Below are positions 37,701-46,928 of a stretch of 64,000 nucleotides of DNA, in pieces. The notes beneath the pieces are model-generated. The model was not told the origin of the DNA. It ran no database searches and saw nothing but the letters and a program-made list of their open reading frames with translations. Position numbers and translations under genes: made by a program. The stretch comes from a virus. The DNA lies in IMG/VR virus record IMGVR_UViG_3300021168_000013; one strand, 5' to 3'. The stretch's first letter is position 1. Every line of letters begins with the position of its first letter.

Positions 37701-39247
37701 TAGGGAACTCGAATAAAGTCAATAATCAGACTGGTGTGTATATTTATAATTATTACAATGGAACTTGGACATTAAGTACCACGTTATATCCAAATGATGC
37801 TATTCCACAAACATTGCCATACTTAAATAATGCAGTTCCAATAATATTACCTAATAACTGTGATGGATTTGGTAATTCTGTGGCAATATATGGAAACAAT
37901 ATTGTGGTTGGTGCTCCAACAGATACCGTTTATTTGGAGTTCTTGGGGGGGAATTCAATAACACGCGGTGCAGTATATTTCTACAATAGATGTTCACCCA
38001 CAAACAATTACTGGCAGTTTGTACAAAAATCTTGGGGTGATCATGAAACTCTAGTGAACAACAATTTTGGATTTTCAGTTGACATGTATAATGATATGGC
38101 TATCGTTGCTGTACCTAAAAATAATGTTAATTTGACGGCTAATTATATAGTCAATACTCTGTATAAGAAATTTGATTGTAATCCTAATGATTCATATTTT
38201 AACACATTGGGTCAAGTTATATTATATGAATATGACACCTCATCCAGTTTATGGGACGTATATTATACCCAACAAAAGATCAAAGACTATGGATATCCTT
38301 ATCTAAATTATGGTTATTGTGTTGCCATTTACAATCAGATATTCGTGGTTGGTGCCCCGTGCTTTATATCCGATTATCAATTATTGACTGTCAATTTCAA
38401 TACTAATATACAAGGCTACTCGTATATTTACAACCTAAATAATCTGGTGTCAAATATCCCAGTGGGTAATGTATTTTATAGAGACGGTGTAATTATTCTA
38501 TCAAATAGTGGATCAATATTTGATAGTCTTATGAAAAACAAATATGACAATAGATATTCATATTATGATTTATCATATAACAGCGCAATGACATTACATG
38601 AAAAGCAAATAGTTTGCACAATCAATCCGGGAGAATTCAATTACAGTACTAATCCAACTTCATTGGTGAATAATAGTTATTTCAATTTTCAAAACATTGA
38701 TTTGATGTTGAAATATATCAGTTCAAAGGTAAATAACGGTGATGTCGATTGGTGGAATTATCTCAACTTTAATGTAGTAGAGCAATCGTTGTTTAATATG
38801 TACACGGAGAACTATAACATATACAATAACACCATTAATCCCTATATCACTTCTCTATCAAGTTCTTATGCTAGTTGGGATGTTGATGGTAATAGTAAAA
38901 TCAATAAAAACGACATGACATTGATTTGGAAGTATTTTACCAATACATTGACTCAAAACGATGTATTTGCCTGTGTCGAACCAAAATCAACGAGAAAAAC
39001 GTTGACTGCTATTCAGAATTACATTGAAACTGTTGTTATCGTACAACAATACGGTCAGATTAATCCATTATTCTTCCAATATGATTATAGCAGTTCTATT
39101 GATAGGACTGGTAGTTATTTGGCTCCATACATAACTGCTATTGGACTATATAACGGTTCAGATATGGTTGGTGTGGCTAAGTTAGCCAAGCCAATTAAAA
39201 ATGGTGGTGAGTTTCCTTTAAATATTTTAGTAAAATGGGATTTCTAA
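34706..39247 (+). CDS. Large baseplate-anchored protein with degenerate trypsin-like and subtilisin-like domains, FG-GAP propeller and dockerin/EF-hand-like motif
   Basis: YLITPRHVLTSTQF / DYTVYLLD / GDAGNP (trypsin-like, H>Q and S>A). SYGPELEFF...DIRQYLRQ...EGYGMIQI (S8-like). Repeated FGxSV...xVGAP blades. DVDGNSKINKND. C-terminal PYITAIGLYN...VAKLAKP. Confidence 0.6.
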   Translation: MNTFNVLIVGNFDNDIRGDSALYLLSEVAPYTCNVYFTGTGSTSPSASYTTPVDIHLSGVVAASGSISSGSQLFYSGSGSTVYRNPSFYGKSFNQFNPTFPSVDISYVSAWTNIPTQSVWSYTSPTYLITPRHVLTSTQFATGIGQSGSVKPTDRRTITFVGPDNVVYTKTVVSASTVWTNNPITWDNASGLGNNGVSGSTDYTVYLLDSAVTASISPVKILPVNVDPNIITALGTGAIPIYKSNQDLRQMSVGVSYLLNLNTNFEYQNIVHDSSNVNRNSTWQGVTTGDAGNPIFIQTQSGSVALGHITYLSGVGDGTGGMGKPLFRIQNEINGVINLLSPSQGYSVTTSSLAYQDLLNEGYISLNQHITSLGWSGNHSALLYTASISTAPSIDCIILHALNGDWNNHIDGVLSASNVGIPVFTQHYNDVSQSVRVGEFYGFAPSMNIGWGGFTSNNSGSYGPELEFFDTAIEGSNLSASILLYGDSSGLLETENFIYLDNNDVGTNELNAVASTTGKYLNLIQALSSSFSTNVGGQNYNLYTNYNNYLITNNTQLRKQFNFDIRQYLRQASSFYSSSWTPTEGYGMIQIRNLAGSSQIMPNLTSSFNYTNLGVGTPLYINVTGSNAEGIFIFSWVNFAQSGYQSTKISINGITIYEGSDSTFTWTPNITTTNAVVTFQTTLINGLQSYPELNSIITLGPLNSESGVFSKLWYGYSCATNGTYVAISSVNNKFGFESGIVDILVYNPVTNTYENSFLIKKLINPSNYSLILTAEDNTIDVTGSSDSGSFITTETSSSYSVYTQLVVGTEQSGSTEPHQELQTESGIDLYADTQFLPISDDPLDLEVESVLNLITFYSDNFGKSLSLFNNLLAVGCPETEVIFTNGQLYVGGSVEIFDLSMWVAGQPYYSTASLSIDNDVNFGESVSFSQLTSVTSSLFLAVGSSTAFAGYGAVYIYMRSGGDSTAWDLKQTIYGPTSGSFFGGSVKFEQSGMDYTLVVGNSNKVNNQTGVYIYNYYNGTWTLSTTLYPNDAIPQTLPYLNNAVPIILPNNCDGFGNSVAIYGNNIVVGAPTDTVYLEFLGGNSITRGAVYFYNRCSPTNNYWQFVQKSWGDHETLVNNNFGFSVDMYNDMAIVAVPKNNVNLTANYIVNTLYKKFDCNPNDSYFNTLGQVILYEYDTSSSLWDVYYTQQKIKDYGYPYLNYGYCVAIYNQIFVVGAPCFISDYQLLTVNFNTNIQGYSYIYNLNNLVSNIPVGNVFYRDGVIILSNSGSIFDSLMKNKYDNRYSYYDLSYNSAMTLHEKQIVCTINPGEFNYSTNPTSLVNNSYFNFQNIDLMLKYISSKVNNGDVDWWNYLNFNVVEQSLFNMYTENYNIYNNTINPYITSLSSSYASWDVDGNSKINKNDMTLIWKYFTNTLTQNDVFACVEPKSTRKTLTAIQNYIETVVIVQQYGQINPLFFQYDYSSSIDRTGSYLAPYITAIGLYNGSDMVGVAKLAKPIKNGGEFPLNILVKWDF

Positions 39248-39250
39248 TCA

Positions 39251-39258
39251 TATTTATA
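39251..39258 (+). promoter_or_regulatory. Candidate late promoter TATTTATA
   Basis: Upstream of AAAGGA (SD-like) and ATG 39278. Confidence 0.6.
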
Positions 39259-39277
39259 ATAAAGGATAACTAATATT

Positions 39278-39559
39278 ATGGCAGACCCAAAAAGACCCTC
39301 AACTACAATATCATTGGCCGACAGATACGCCTCACAGAAGGTTGGAGGAGCGTATAATGCCAAATTGGCAGGAACATCTACTGATTTTTCGCCACAAGCA
39401 TCACGGTACGACACTACGGGTAATTTCGTGGTAGATCAGCAATTAGGAGTTTCTAATTTCAAAGGAACAACCAATCAGAATTACAAAGAAATATCCTTAT
39501 TGGCTCAAGGTTTAAGTAATTATAAATACGATCCAAGTGGCGGACCACTTAATTATTAA
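39278..39559 (+). CDS. Small late/virion protein
   Basis: Has its own TATTTATA motif and AAAGGA ribosome-binding site. Its 3' end overlaps the convergent GIY-YIG gene by 11 bp. Confidence 0.7.
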   Translation: MADPKRPSTTISLADRYASQKVGGAYNAKLAGTSTDFSPQASRYDTTGNFVVDQQLGVSNFKGTTNQNYKEISLLAQGLSNYKYDPSGGPLNY

Positions 39560-39956
39560 TAGTTTTTCGGATTCTTACTCTTCCTCCTACATACTCATTA
39601 TAATAGCTATTGTCATATAAGGCATTAGCTATTATTATTTGTTTCATTTCTTCGTAACTTAATTCGGATTTACTATTACACCACGATAATATTTCAAATT
39701 TGAAGTTTTCTTTACCAATCTTAGTGATATCATCATTCAACTGATTACAAGACCCTGTATACGTTTTCCAATCAGATTCTTTAGTTCCACGGCGTTTATT
39801 AGTTCTTCCCTTAAGTGGCTTTTTTGATGTTTTGAACTTTAAGAGCTTCTTTCCAATGTACTTCCTGTCATTAACTAAATTATGGATTTCATATATAAAT
39901 CCAATACATTCAGTTGGTGGTTCACCGATAACATTCGTCCAATGGCCATAATTCAT
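39549..39956 (-). CDS. GIY-YIG family endonuclease
   Basis: GFIYEIHNLVNDRKYIGKK motif, ESDWKTYTGS, and the E...N residues of the catalytic core (SYEE, YYNEY). Confidence 0.85.
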   Translation of the reverse strand: MNYGHWTNVIGEPPTECIGFIYEIHNLVNDRKYIGKKLLKFKTSKKPLKGRTNKRRGTKESDWKTYTGSCNQLNDDITKIGKENFKFEILSWCNSKSELSYEEMKQIIIANALYDNSYYNEYVGGRVRIRKTINN

Positions 39957-39967
39957 ATTATAATAAC

Positions 39968-39996
39968 TTTACATTTAAGCGTTTTTAATATATAGT
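39968..39996 (+). promoter_or_regulatory. Sigma70-type promoter for primase
   Basis: TTTACA (39968-39973), 17-nt spacer, TATAGT (39991-39996), 7 nt before ATG 40004. Confidence 0.55.
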
Positions 39997-40003
39997 ATTT
40001 TAA

Positions 40004-40951
40004 ATGTCATTGCAGCAAGAAAACACGTTATCGATTTTAAATAAAGTATTGAAGCAAACACCCAAATTAAGAAAAGGTGGAACTCAGGCCATATACTATT
40101 GTGTAAAATGCCATCATTATAAACGGAAACTTGAGATCAATTTGGTTACGGGTCAATATCATTGTTGGATTTGCAATTTCGCTGGAAAAAGCATTAAATC
40201 AATTTTACGCAACCTCAATGCACCAAAAGAATATTATAATAAGGTCGTGGAAGAACGTAAGGCATGTTCCGATGAAACATTAAACGCCTTGTTTGATACA
40301 CAAAAAAAAGAACATATAATCAATGTTTTACCGAACGACTTTCAATCTTTGACAGAATATAATAAGTCCATTGAATATACCCATGCGATGCATTATCTTA
40401 AAAAACGCAATGTAACTGAATATGACATTTATCGATATAATATAGGATATTGCACCGAAGGTAAATATAAAAACCGAGTAATTATACCATCGTATGATAT
40501 TGACGGGAACTTGAACTTTTTTTCAGGTAGAGATTTCTTCGGTACATCTTGGTTAAAATATGTAAACTGTGAATTTAATAAGAATATAATCGGCTTTGAA
40601 TTGACTGTTGACTTTGATAATCCGATTATATTGGTGGAATCCCCATTTAATGCGATTACGATTAAACGAAATACAATTCCATTGTTTGGGAAGACGGTAT
40701 CCAAAAAATTATATACAAGAATGATGGAAAAGAGAACCAAAGATGTTTACATATGTCTTGACAGTGATGCGGGAAAAGATGCTATAAGAATCGCTGAGAG
40801 ATTGATTAAGTTAGGAATCACTCCATATATAGTTGATCTCGATGGTGGGAAAGATCCAAATGAAATTGGTTATGATGCTACATGGAAATGTATTAATAAA
40901 GCTAAACTGGTGGATTTCTCATATTTAATGAACATAAAATTAAATATATAA
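40004..40951 (+). CDS. DNA primase (Zn finger + TOPRIM)
   Basis: CVKC...HCWIC zinc-binding domain, RVIIPSYD...FFSGR, TOPRIM ILVES and LDSD, KDPNE. Confidence 0.9.
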   Translation: MSLQQENTLSILNKVLKQTPKLRKGGTQAIYYCVKCHHYKRKLEINLVTGQYHCWICNFAGKSIKSILRNLNAPKEYYNKVVEERKACSDETLNALFDTQKKEHIINVLPNDFQSLTEYNKSIEYTHAMHYLKKRNVTEYDIYRYNIGYCTEGKYKNRVIIPSYDIDGNLNFFSGRDFFGTSWLKYVNCEFNKNIIGFELTVDFDNPIILVESPFNAITIKRNTIPLFGKTVSKKLYTRMMEKRTKDVYICLDSDAGKDAIRIAERLIKLGITPYIVDLDGGKDPNEIGYDATWKCINKAKLVDFSYLMNIKLNI

Positions 40952-40953
40952 AC

Positions 40954-40982
40954 TAGACAACGTGAGGAATTTGTGTTACAAT
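40954..40982 (+). promoter_or_regulatory. Sigma70-type promoter with extended -10 for the gp47-gp46 fusion
   Basis: TAGACA (40954-40959), 17-nt spacer, TACAAT (40977-40982), with TG at 40974-40975. Confidence 0.65.
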
Positions 40983-41001
40983 AAGTTGACATACTAGACT
41001 C

Positions 41002-44000
41002 ATGATTAAATTAGAATCCGACATTACAAATTTTACAAATGTATTACACATTGGTGATATACATATAAGACTTGTTCAACGGCATCAGGAATATACCGAG
41101 GTATTTAATTCTCTTTACAATGCCATTGATAAAACTCCTGATACCACATTGGTATTAATAGCGGGAGATATTTTTCATAATAAATCCGATTTAAGTCCTG
41201 AATCAGTAAAACTTGCCACGGATTTTTTGAAGAATATCGCAGATCGGCGTCCAACCATATTAATAGCGGGAAATCATGATGCCACTCTAGCAAATAAAAA
41301 TCGATTGGATAGTTTGAGTCCAGTTATAGACGCGATACAACATAAGAACCTATTTTATTTAAAGGATAGCGATACATATATCATAGGCGATGTATTATTT
41401 AATAACTATTCAGTATTTACGGAATCGGATAAATATATAAAATACAAAGATATTCCAAGTATTTATAGAAACCAAGTAAATTACAATATTGCTCTATATC
41501 ATGGCCCTGTTAATAATGCTATAACAGATGTGGGATATGTTGTCAGTAACAGAACCATCATGGCCGAATTGTTTGATGGGCATCAAATGGTGATGCTAGG
41601 TGATATTCATAAACATCAGGTATTACAGGAATACGATGCCAATTTGGATAAACCAGCTATTGTCTATGTTGGAAGTTTAATCCAACAAGATCATGGCGAA
41701 CATTTGTCGGGTCACGGATTTGTTTATTGGGAGTTAAAATCCAAGAAATTTAAACATGTTGAGATTCCTAATGATTATGGGTTTTTTACGGTGGAAGTAA
41801 ACAAAGGACAACTTACCACTGATGTAAAATCTATACCAAAAAAAGCCAAACTTAGAATTAAGTGTATAGAAAGTATTCAAACCGAGATTAAGTCTATATT
41901 ATCCGATCTAAGAAAAGTATCAGAAATAACTGATGTGAGTTACGTTAGAGTAGAAGAGGGCGATGGTTCAAATAACATCATAAATGCAACTAATTTCAAT
42001 CTACAAAATGTTTCGGATGTTGATTACCAAAATAATCTAATCAAGGAATATCTTACTAATAAAAAAATCAGTATATCGGAGGATACATTAAAATGTATAT
42101 TCACCTTAAACAAGACTCTCAATGATGAATTGAAGAAGGAATATGTAGTCAGAAATATCAGGTGGAAACCTAAAATTTTTGAATTTGACAACATGTTCAG
42201 TTATGGGGAGGGAAATATTATAGATTTCTCAAAAATGAATGGAGTAATGGGATTATTCGCCAATAATGCTAGCGGTAAAAGCAGTATTCTATCGGCTTTA
42301 AGCTTTTGTTTATTTGATAAATGTGATAGAGCCTTTAAAGCCTCTCATATATTAAACAGTCAGAAAATGACATTTCGATGCAAATTCAACTTTGAAATCA
42401 ATGGGGTTGATTATTATATTGAGAGAAAGGCTAATTCCGATAAGAAAGGAAACGTCAAGGTTGATGTTAAATTTTGGAAAGTTGTTAGTGGAGCAGACGT
42501 TGAATTGAACGGAGAGGCAAGACGAAGTACCAATGATATTATCAGAGATTATATCGGAGAATATGAGGATTTTGTTTTAACTGTATTGTCTATCCAAAAT
42601 GGAAAAGACGGGAGTTTTGTTGATATGGGCCAAACAGAAAGAAAAGATTTGCTTGCCCAATTCATGGGACTTACTATTTTTGATAAACTTAGTAATCTCG
42701 TGGTAGAAAAATATAGAGAGAGTTCTATATTACTAAAAAATCTCAATCAGGAAGATTATACCATTAAATTGAATGATATTGAGAATAATATACTCACTAT
42801 TACAAAATCAATTCAAGATGAGACGGCTCAGGTTGACAAACTTCATCACGATAAAGATGAAAAGAGTAATGAACTTATTGAGTTGACTAAAAAATTAATC
42901 AATGTTGATTCAGATACGGAAGATATCACTATATTGGAAACTCAGAAGGTTGACATAACCAAGAATATCGAATCCATAACAATTCAGATTAATTCTCTTA
43001 AACAAGAGATACTGCGTAAAGAGGACGGTCTTAAATTGGAACAAAGTAAATTTGATGAATTTACCAAAAATAAAGTATCGCAAACATTTGAATCTTTCAA
43101 TCTTCAAAAGAAAGAATTGGTTAAATTAGAATCAACCATTGAGCGTAAGAGGGTCGAGATTAGAAATAAACTTGACAAACTAGCAAAGCTTGAGGAACAT
43201 AAGTACGATCCGAATTGTAATTTCTGTATAAACAACGTGTTTGTGAAAGACGCAATTAAAACCAAGGCAGAATTAGAGAAAGATAGACAGGATGTTATTC
43301 CTTTAATGGAATCATTTAAAAAACTCAAACAGGATGTTGCATCCCTTGAATGGGTTGTGGATACACATCACAGTTATAAATTTTGTCAAGAGTGTATTGG
43401 ATTAATAGGTATTGCTATTTCCACGGTCAGAAATGATCTATTGAAGTCCGAGAATAAGTTGGCGCAACTTACAGCTAAATTATTATCATTAAACACCAAG
43501 ATTGATTTATTCTATCAACAAAAAGAAACCATTGAGAATAACAAGGTAATAAACCAAGAAATTCGTGTGGTTAAAGACTCTGTTAAAAGATTGGATTCTG
43601 AATATAAATCTATAAATAAGCATCTTATTGACTTGACAAGTGACCTAAGATCATTTTCTAACGATAAAAGGCAGATCGAAATTAATATTTTGAAATTGAA
43701 AGAATTGGAGTCTCAAAACGATTGTTATAAGTACTACACTCAAGCCATTAGTCGAGATGGTATTCCATATGATTTGATAACTCAAACGTTGCCAGCCGTA
43801 GAAAAAGAAGTAAATGATATATTACATCAAATAGTTGAGTTTACGGTTGCTTTAAAGACAGATGGTAAAAACATAAGCACTTGGATTGTTTATAGTGATA
43901 AAACTTGGCCTTTGGAAATGTCAAGTGGAATGGAGAAATTCATAAGTTCTTTGGCTATAAGAGTGGCATTAATCAATATTAGTAATCTACCAAGACCCAA

Positions 44001-44196
44001 TTTTATTATTTTCGATGAAGGATGGGGTACATTAGACGCTGATCACATTTCCGAAGTAAAGCTGTTATTTGATTATCTTAAGACGAATTTTGATTTTATA
44101 TTGATTATATCACACATTGACTCAATCAAAGATTTGGTTGACAAATTGCTGGAAATCAGTAAAGACAAGGGATTTTCTCAAATTAAATATACTTAA
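41002..44196 (+). CDS. gp47-gp46: Fused recombination nuclease-ATPase (Mre11/SbcD + Rad50/SbcC)
   Basis: Phosphoesterase motifs DIH, GDIFH, GNHD, YHG, GDIHK. Walker A NNASGKS, coiled coils, Zn-hook CNFC, signature SSGMEK, Walker B/D-loop FDEGWGTLD, H-loop ISH. All in one uninterrupted ORF. Confidence 0.92.
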   Translation: MIKLESDITNFTNVLHIGDIHIRLVQRHQEYTEVFNSLYNAIDKTPDTTLVLIAGDIFHNKSDLSPESVKLATDFLKNIADRRPTILIAGNHDATLANKNRLDSLSPVIDAIQHKNLFYLKDSDTYIIGDVLFNNYSVFTESDKYIKYKDIPSIYRNQVNYNIALYHGPVNNAITDVGYVVSNRTIMAELFDGHQMVMLGDIHKHQVLQEYDANLDKPAIVYVGSLIQQDHGEHLSGHGFVYWELKSKKFKHVEIPNDYGFFTVEVNKGQLTTDVKSIPKKAKLRIKCIESIQTEIKSILSDLRKVSEITDVSYVRVEEGDGSNNIINATNFNLQNVSDVDYQNNLIKEYLTNKKISISEDTLKCIFTLNKTLNDELKKEYVVRNIRWKPKIFEFDNMFSYGEGNIIDFSKMNGVMGLFANNASGKSSILSALSFCLFDKCDRAFKASHILNSQKMTFRCKFNFEINGVDYYIERKANSDKKGNVKVDVKFWKVVSGADVELNGEARRSTNDIIRDYIGEYEDFVLTVLSIQNGKDGSFVDMGQTERKDLLAQFMGLTIFDKLSNLVVEKYRESSILLKNLNQEDYTIKLNDIENNILTITKSIQDETAQVDKLHHDKDEKSNELIELTKKLINVDSDTEDITILETQKVDITKNIESITIQINSLKQEILRKEDGLKLEQSKFDEFTKNKVSQTFESFNLQKKELVKLESTIERKRVEIRNKLDKLAKLEEHKYDPNCNFCINNVFVKDAIKTKAELEKDRQDVIPLMESFKKLKQDVASLEWVVDTHHSYKFCQECIGLIGIAISTVRNDLLKSENKLAQLTAKLLSLNTKIDLFYQQKETIENNKVINQEIRVVKDSVKRLDSEYKSINKHLIDLTSDLRSFSNDKRQIEINILKLKELESQNDCYKYYTQAISRDGIPYDLITQTLPAVEKEVNDILHQIVEFTVALKTDGKNISTWIVYSDKTWPLEMSSGMEKFISSLAIRVALINISNLPRPNFIIFDEGWGTLDADHISEVKLLFDYLKTNFDFILIISHIDSIKDLVDKLLEISKDKGFSQIKYT

Positions 44197-44213
44197 TATC
44201 CATTAGCTATATA

Positions 44214-44221
44214 TATTTATA
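44214..44221 (+). promoter_or_regulatory. Candidate late promoter TATTTATA
   Basis: Ends 15 nt before ATG 44237. Confidence 0.6.
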
Positions 44222-44236
44222 TGGAACACAACATAT

Positions 44237-46837
44237 ATGGCTACGATTTTGACTGGAACCAACTTAGGATTAAATAACATAACAGTTGGTATTGAGGATA
44301 CGGCTTATTTATCGGAATATTTCAATATTACCGAATTTAATCCCGTATTCGGTGCTGGAAAAAATCTATTGATCGTAAATACCACCTCGTTACTATCAAC
44401 TTCTCCAAATATACATGTTCAAGCAAGTGATAGTGCTGGAAATTTCCTATACGTTGAGTCGGCCATCATTCAAAATACAGTATCCGATCAACAGGCTTAT
44501 TATTATTCATTTCATGTATATGATAACTTAGTGTCGGGTCCCGGAAAATTGACCATAGTTGGTAAAACTATTAGCGGAACCGTAGTAAGATGGACATCAA
44601 ACATAGTGATATCCACAACCACAGAAACAAAATCAAAAGTTGTATTCTATAATAAACCTCAGTTATTAGTATATCCTTTAATAACTAATGTGTTGAGTGG
44701 ATTCACAGATATTAATCCAACAGTTCTATCAGGCAGTTTTTATTCTATGGCGGTGAATCCACCAAAAGATTTTGATATAACCAATAATTATGATAAGACT
44801 TTGTTGGATTATAGAATAATTGATCCAAGTGCCAGTTTTTCTATCGGTCAATTGAATTTCCCAATTACATTGAACGTGTCTTCAGTAAAGATGTATAACA
44901 CATCAATAACGCAATCAGTATCTAATACATCATCTCTTTTAATAAGTAATATCTTAAATAAACACACACTTCAATTGGCCGATCCATATGTGTATCAAGG
45001 TAATAAAATTGCTGAAATTTCTTCAGGAACATATCAATGTTCTTTTAATAATATAAATTATGATTCATCATCATTTCTAACATCAAGTTATGCCACGCAA
45101 TCTATTGATTTTGCTGGAGATTATCGTTTTGTAAAGAACTCATATGCACTGATTGGGTATACTAATTTAGATACATTTTCAGGTAAAATAAATAGACATA
45201 AACTATACAAGCAAGATTTATCTACGGCCGGAGGATATCAATTGGTTACAGATGAATCTTTCAATAATTATGAGTTATTGGTTGATATAACCACACCAAA
45301 TAAAACGTTTGAAAATTTGGGAACATTTTATTCACAATTTCATATAGACAATTTCTGGTTTACTAGCTCAAACTCCTTTAATTTATATAATGATAATACC
45401 AATTTTATTAATGGTATGATTATATCAGGTAGCGTAAACAATAATTACATCATAGCAAAACCAAATTCATCATATACCAACAGAAATGCTGGATATATAC
45501 CATATGATTCAATTCAGAATTTTAATTTTCAAGGTTCCGCATTCGATTCTAATTATTTACACTTTTATCCCAATAGTTCGTATACCCTAGGTTTAAACGC
45601 GGCATTCTTAAACAAAGCATTGACTAATTCCGCTTCTTTGGATTTTTATATAACAAGTAGTTCGCCATTTATACAAAACGAAGTTGGTTATACAGCATCA
45701 TTGGGAGTTAAGGTGGGATCATTATCGTTCTCAGACTATTCAACGTCAACGATATACGATTCATTGCAAACATTTGATTTTAGTTTCTTAAATGAGACTT
45801 TTGGGGCATTGGTTATTCGCACCAACAATTTCAATTCAGCGGAGATAGCAAATTTATCAATATCTCCAACTAACACATTTGGGTTTTCAAAGGACGTGTA
45901 TTTCTCTAAATACCCATTTGATGTGACTAAGCCAAATGATATATTTAGTATAGATGCTGAATTATATGATAATGACAGTATTCTGGCATATAATGATTTA
46001 TACACCGTTCAGTATTTTGATCCATCTGGAAGCACTACTCCAATATCCATATCATCATTAGGTAACACAATTACAGCCACAACCCTAAGTGCATCATCAT
46101 TAATTGTGAATGGCACGTCGTTTTTGAATGGTAACGTCGGTGGCATTAATGTTTTAAGTGCTGCCCAAATAACAGGTAGCTTGGATGGAACGGCAACCAA
46201 CGCGATATCATCAAGTTATGCATTTTTCTCAACTTTCGCACTTTCCTCGGTATTTGCTGTTACAGCTAGCTATATTAGTGGATCAATTAGCAACGCCTTA
46301 TCAAGTTCATATGCGTTATCAGCAAGTTATGCATCAAATGGTGGTTCTGTTGGATTAACCACTGGATCGACATACCCAATAACATCATCTTGGAGTAATA
46401 ACAGTTCAACCGCTTCATATTTACTGGGATCAGTTACGAGTGCTTCGTATGCACAAACCGCATCTTATATATTAAATGCTATAAGTTCATCATATGCCTT
46501 AAATTCAAATTCATCAAGTTATGCATTAAATGGAAGCATTTCAAATAACGTACTGGTATCATCAACTCAAAGTATAGTGGTTCAATCACCTACCCAATCG
46601 TATAATTCCGCATTTTTTGATTATGTTGCCTTTAGTGCAAGTAATATGAGAGCGGGAACGGTAAAGTCATGTTTTTTAGGAAACGCTATAACATTTAATG
46701 AATTTACAACTACTGATATTGGGTCAACTTCACAAGTAACAATGTCCGTAGCAATTTCATCTTCATATGTTCAATTGGTTTCAACTGTGCCGATAAATCA
46801 AACATGGGATATCAAAACTTTGTCCAGATATATATAA
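44237..46837 (+). CDS. Virion structural/fibre protein with ASYA repeats
   Basis: Ser/Thr/Asn-rich, with an SSYA repeat block at about 46190-46530, a compact C-terminal beta-domain and a late motif upstream. Confidence 0.6.
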   Translation: MATILTGTNLGLNNITVGIEDTAYLSEYFNITEFNPVFGAGKNLLIVNTTSLLSTSPNIHVQASDSAGNFLYVESAIIQNTVSDQQAYYYSFHVYDNLVSGPGKLTIVGKTISGTVVRWTSNIVISTTTETKSKVVFYNKPQLLVYPLITNVLSGFTDINPTVLSGSFYSMAVNPPKDFDITNNYDKTLLDYRIIDPSASFSIGQLNFPITLNVSSVKMYNTSITQSVSNTSSLLISNILNKHTLQLADPYVYQGNKIAEISSGTYQCSFNNINYDSSSFLTSSYATQSIDFAGDYRFVKNSYALIGYTNLDTFSGKINRHKLYKQDLSTAGGYQLVTDESFNNYELLVDITTPNKTFENLGTFYSQFHIDNFWFTSSNSFNLYNDNTNFINGMIISGSVNNNYIIAKPNSSYTNRNAGYIPYDSIQNFNFQGSAFDSNYLHFYPNSSYTLGLNAAFLNKALTNSASLDFYITSSSPFIQNEVGYTASLGVKVGSLSFSDYSTSTIYDSLQTFDFSFLNETFGALVIRTNNFNSAEIANLSISPTNTFGFSKDVYFSKYPFDVTKPNDIFSIDAELYDNDSILAYNDLYTVQYFDPSGSTTPISISSLGNTITATTLSASSLIVNGTSFLNGNVGGINVLSAAQITGSLDGTATNAISSSYAFFSTFALSSVFAVTASYISGSISNALSSSYALSASYASNGGSVGLTTGSTYPITSSWSNNSSTASYLLGSVTSASYAQTASYILNAISSSYALNSNSSSYALNGSISNNVLVSSTQSIVVQSPTQSYNSAFFDYVAFSASNMRAGTVKSCFLGNAITFNEFTTTDIGSTSQVTMSVAISSSYVQLVSTVPINQTWDIKTLSRYI

Positions 46838-46876
46838 AAATTTCCATAAATATAACATCTTTGAGTTTTTGGATTA

Positions 46877-46884
46877 TATTTATA
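46877..46884 (+). promoter_or_regulatory. Candidate late promoter TATTTATA
   Basis: Upstream of GAAAGGAA (SD-like) and the sheath ATG at 46929. Confidence 0.6.
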
Positions 46885-46928
46885 TTTAGATTTTTATATC
46901 TAGTTTAATTTTGAAAGGAATATAATAT

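Noticed and set aside
40630-40660. Primase TOPRIM reads ESPFNA instead of EGxxD, suggesting inactivity
   Set aside because: The catalytic Glu and the DxD (LDSD) are retained, and a single substitution is not enough to call it inactive.
40986-40991. Perfect TTGACA upstream of gp47-46
   Set aside because: It is only 10 nt from the ATG, leaving no room for a -10 box. The TAGACA-N17-TACAAT pair upstream fits better.
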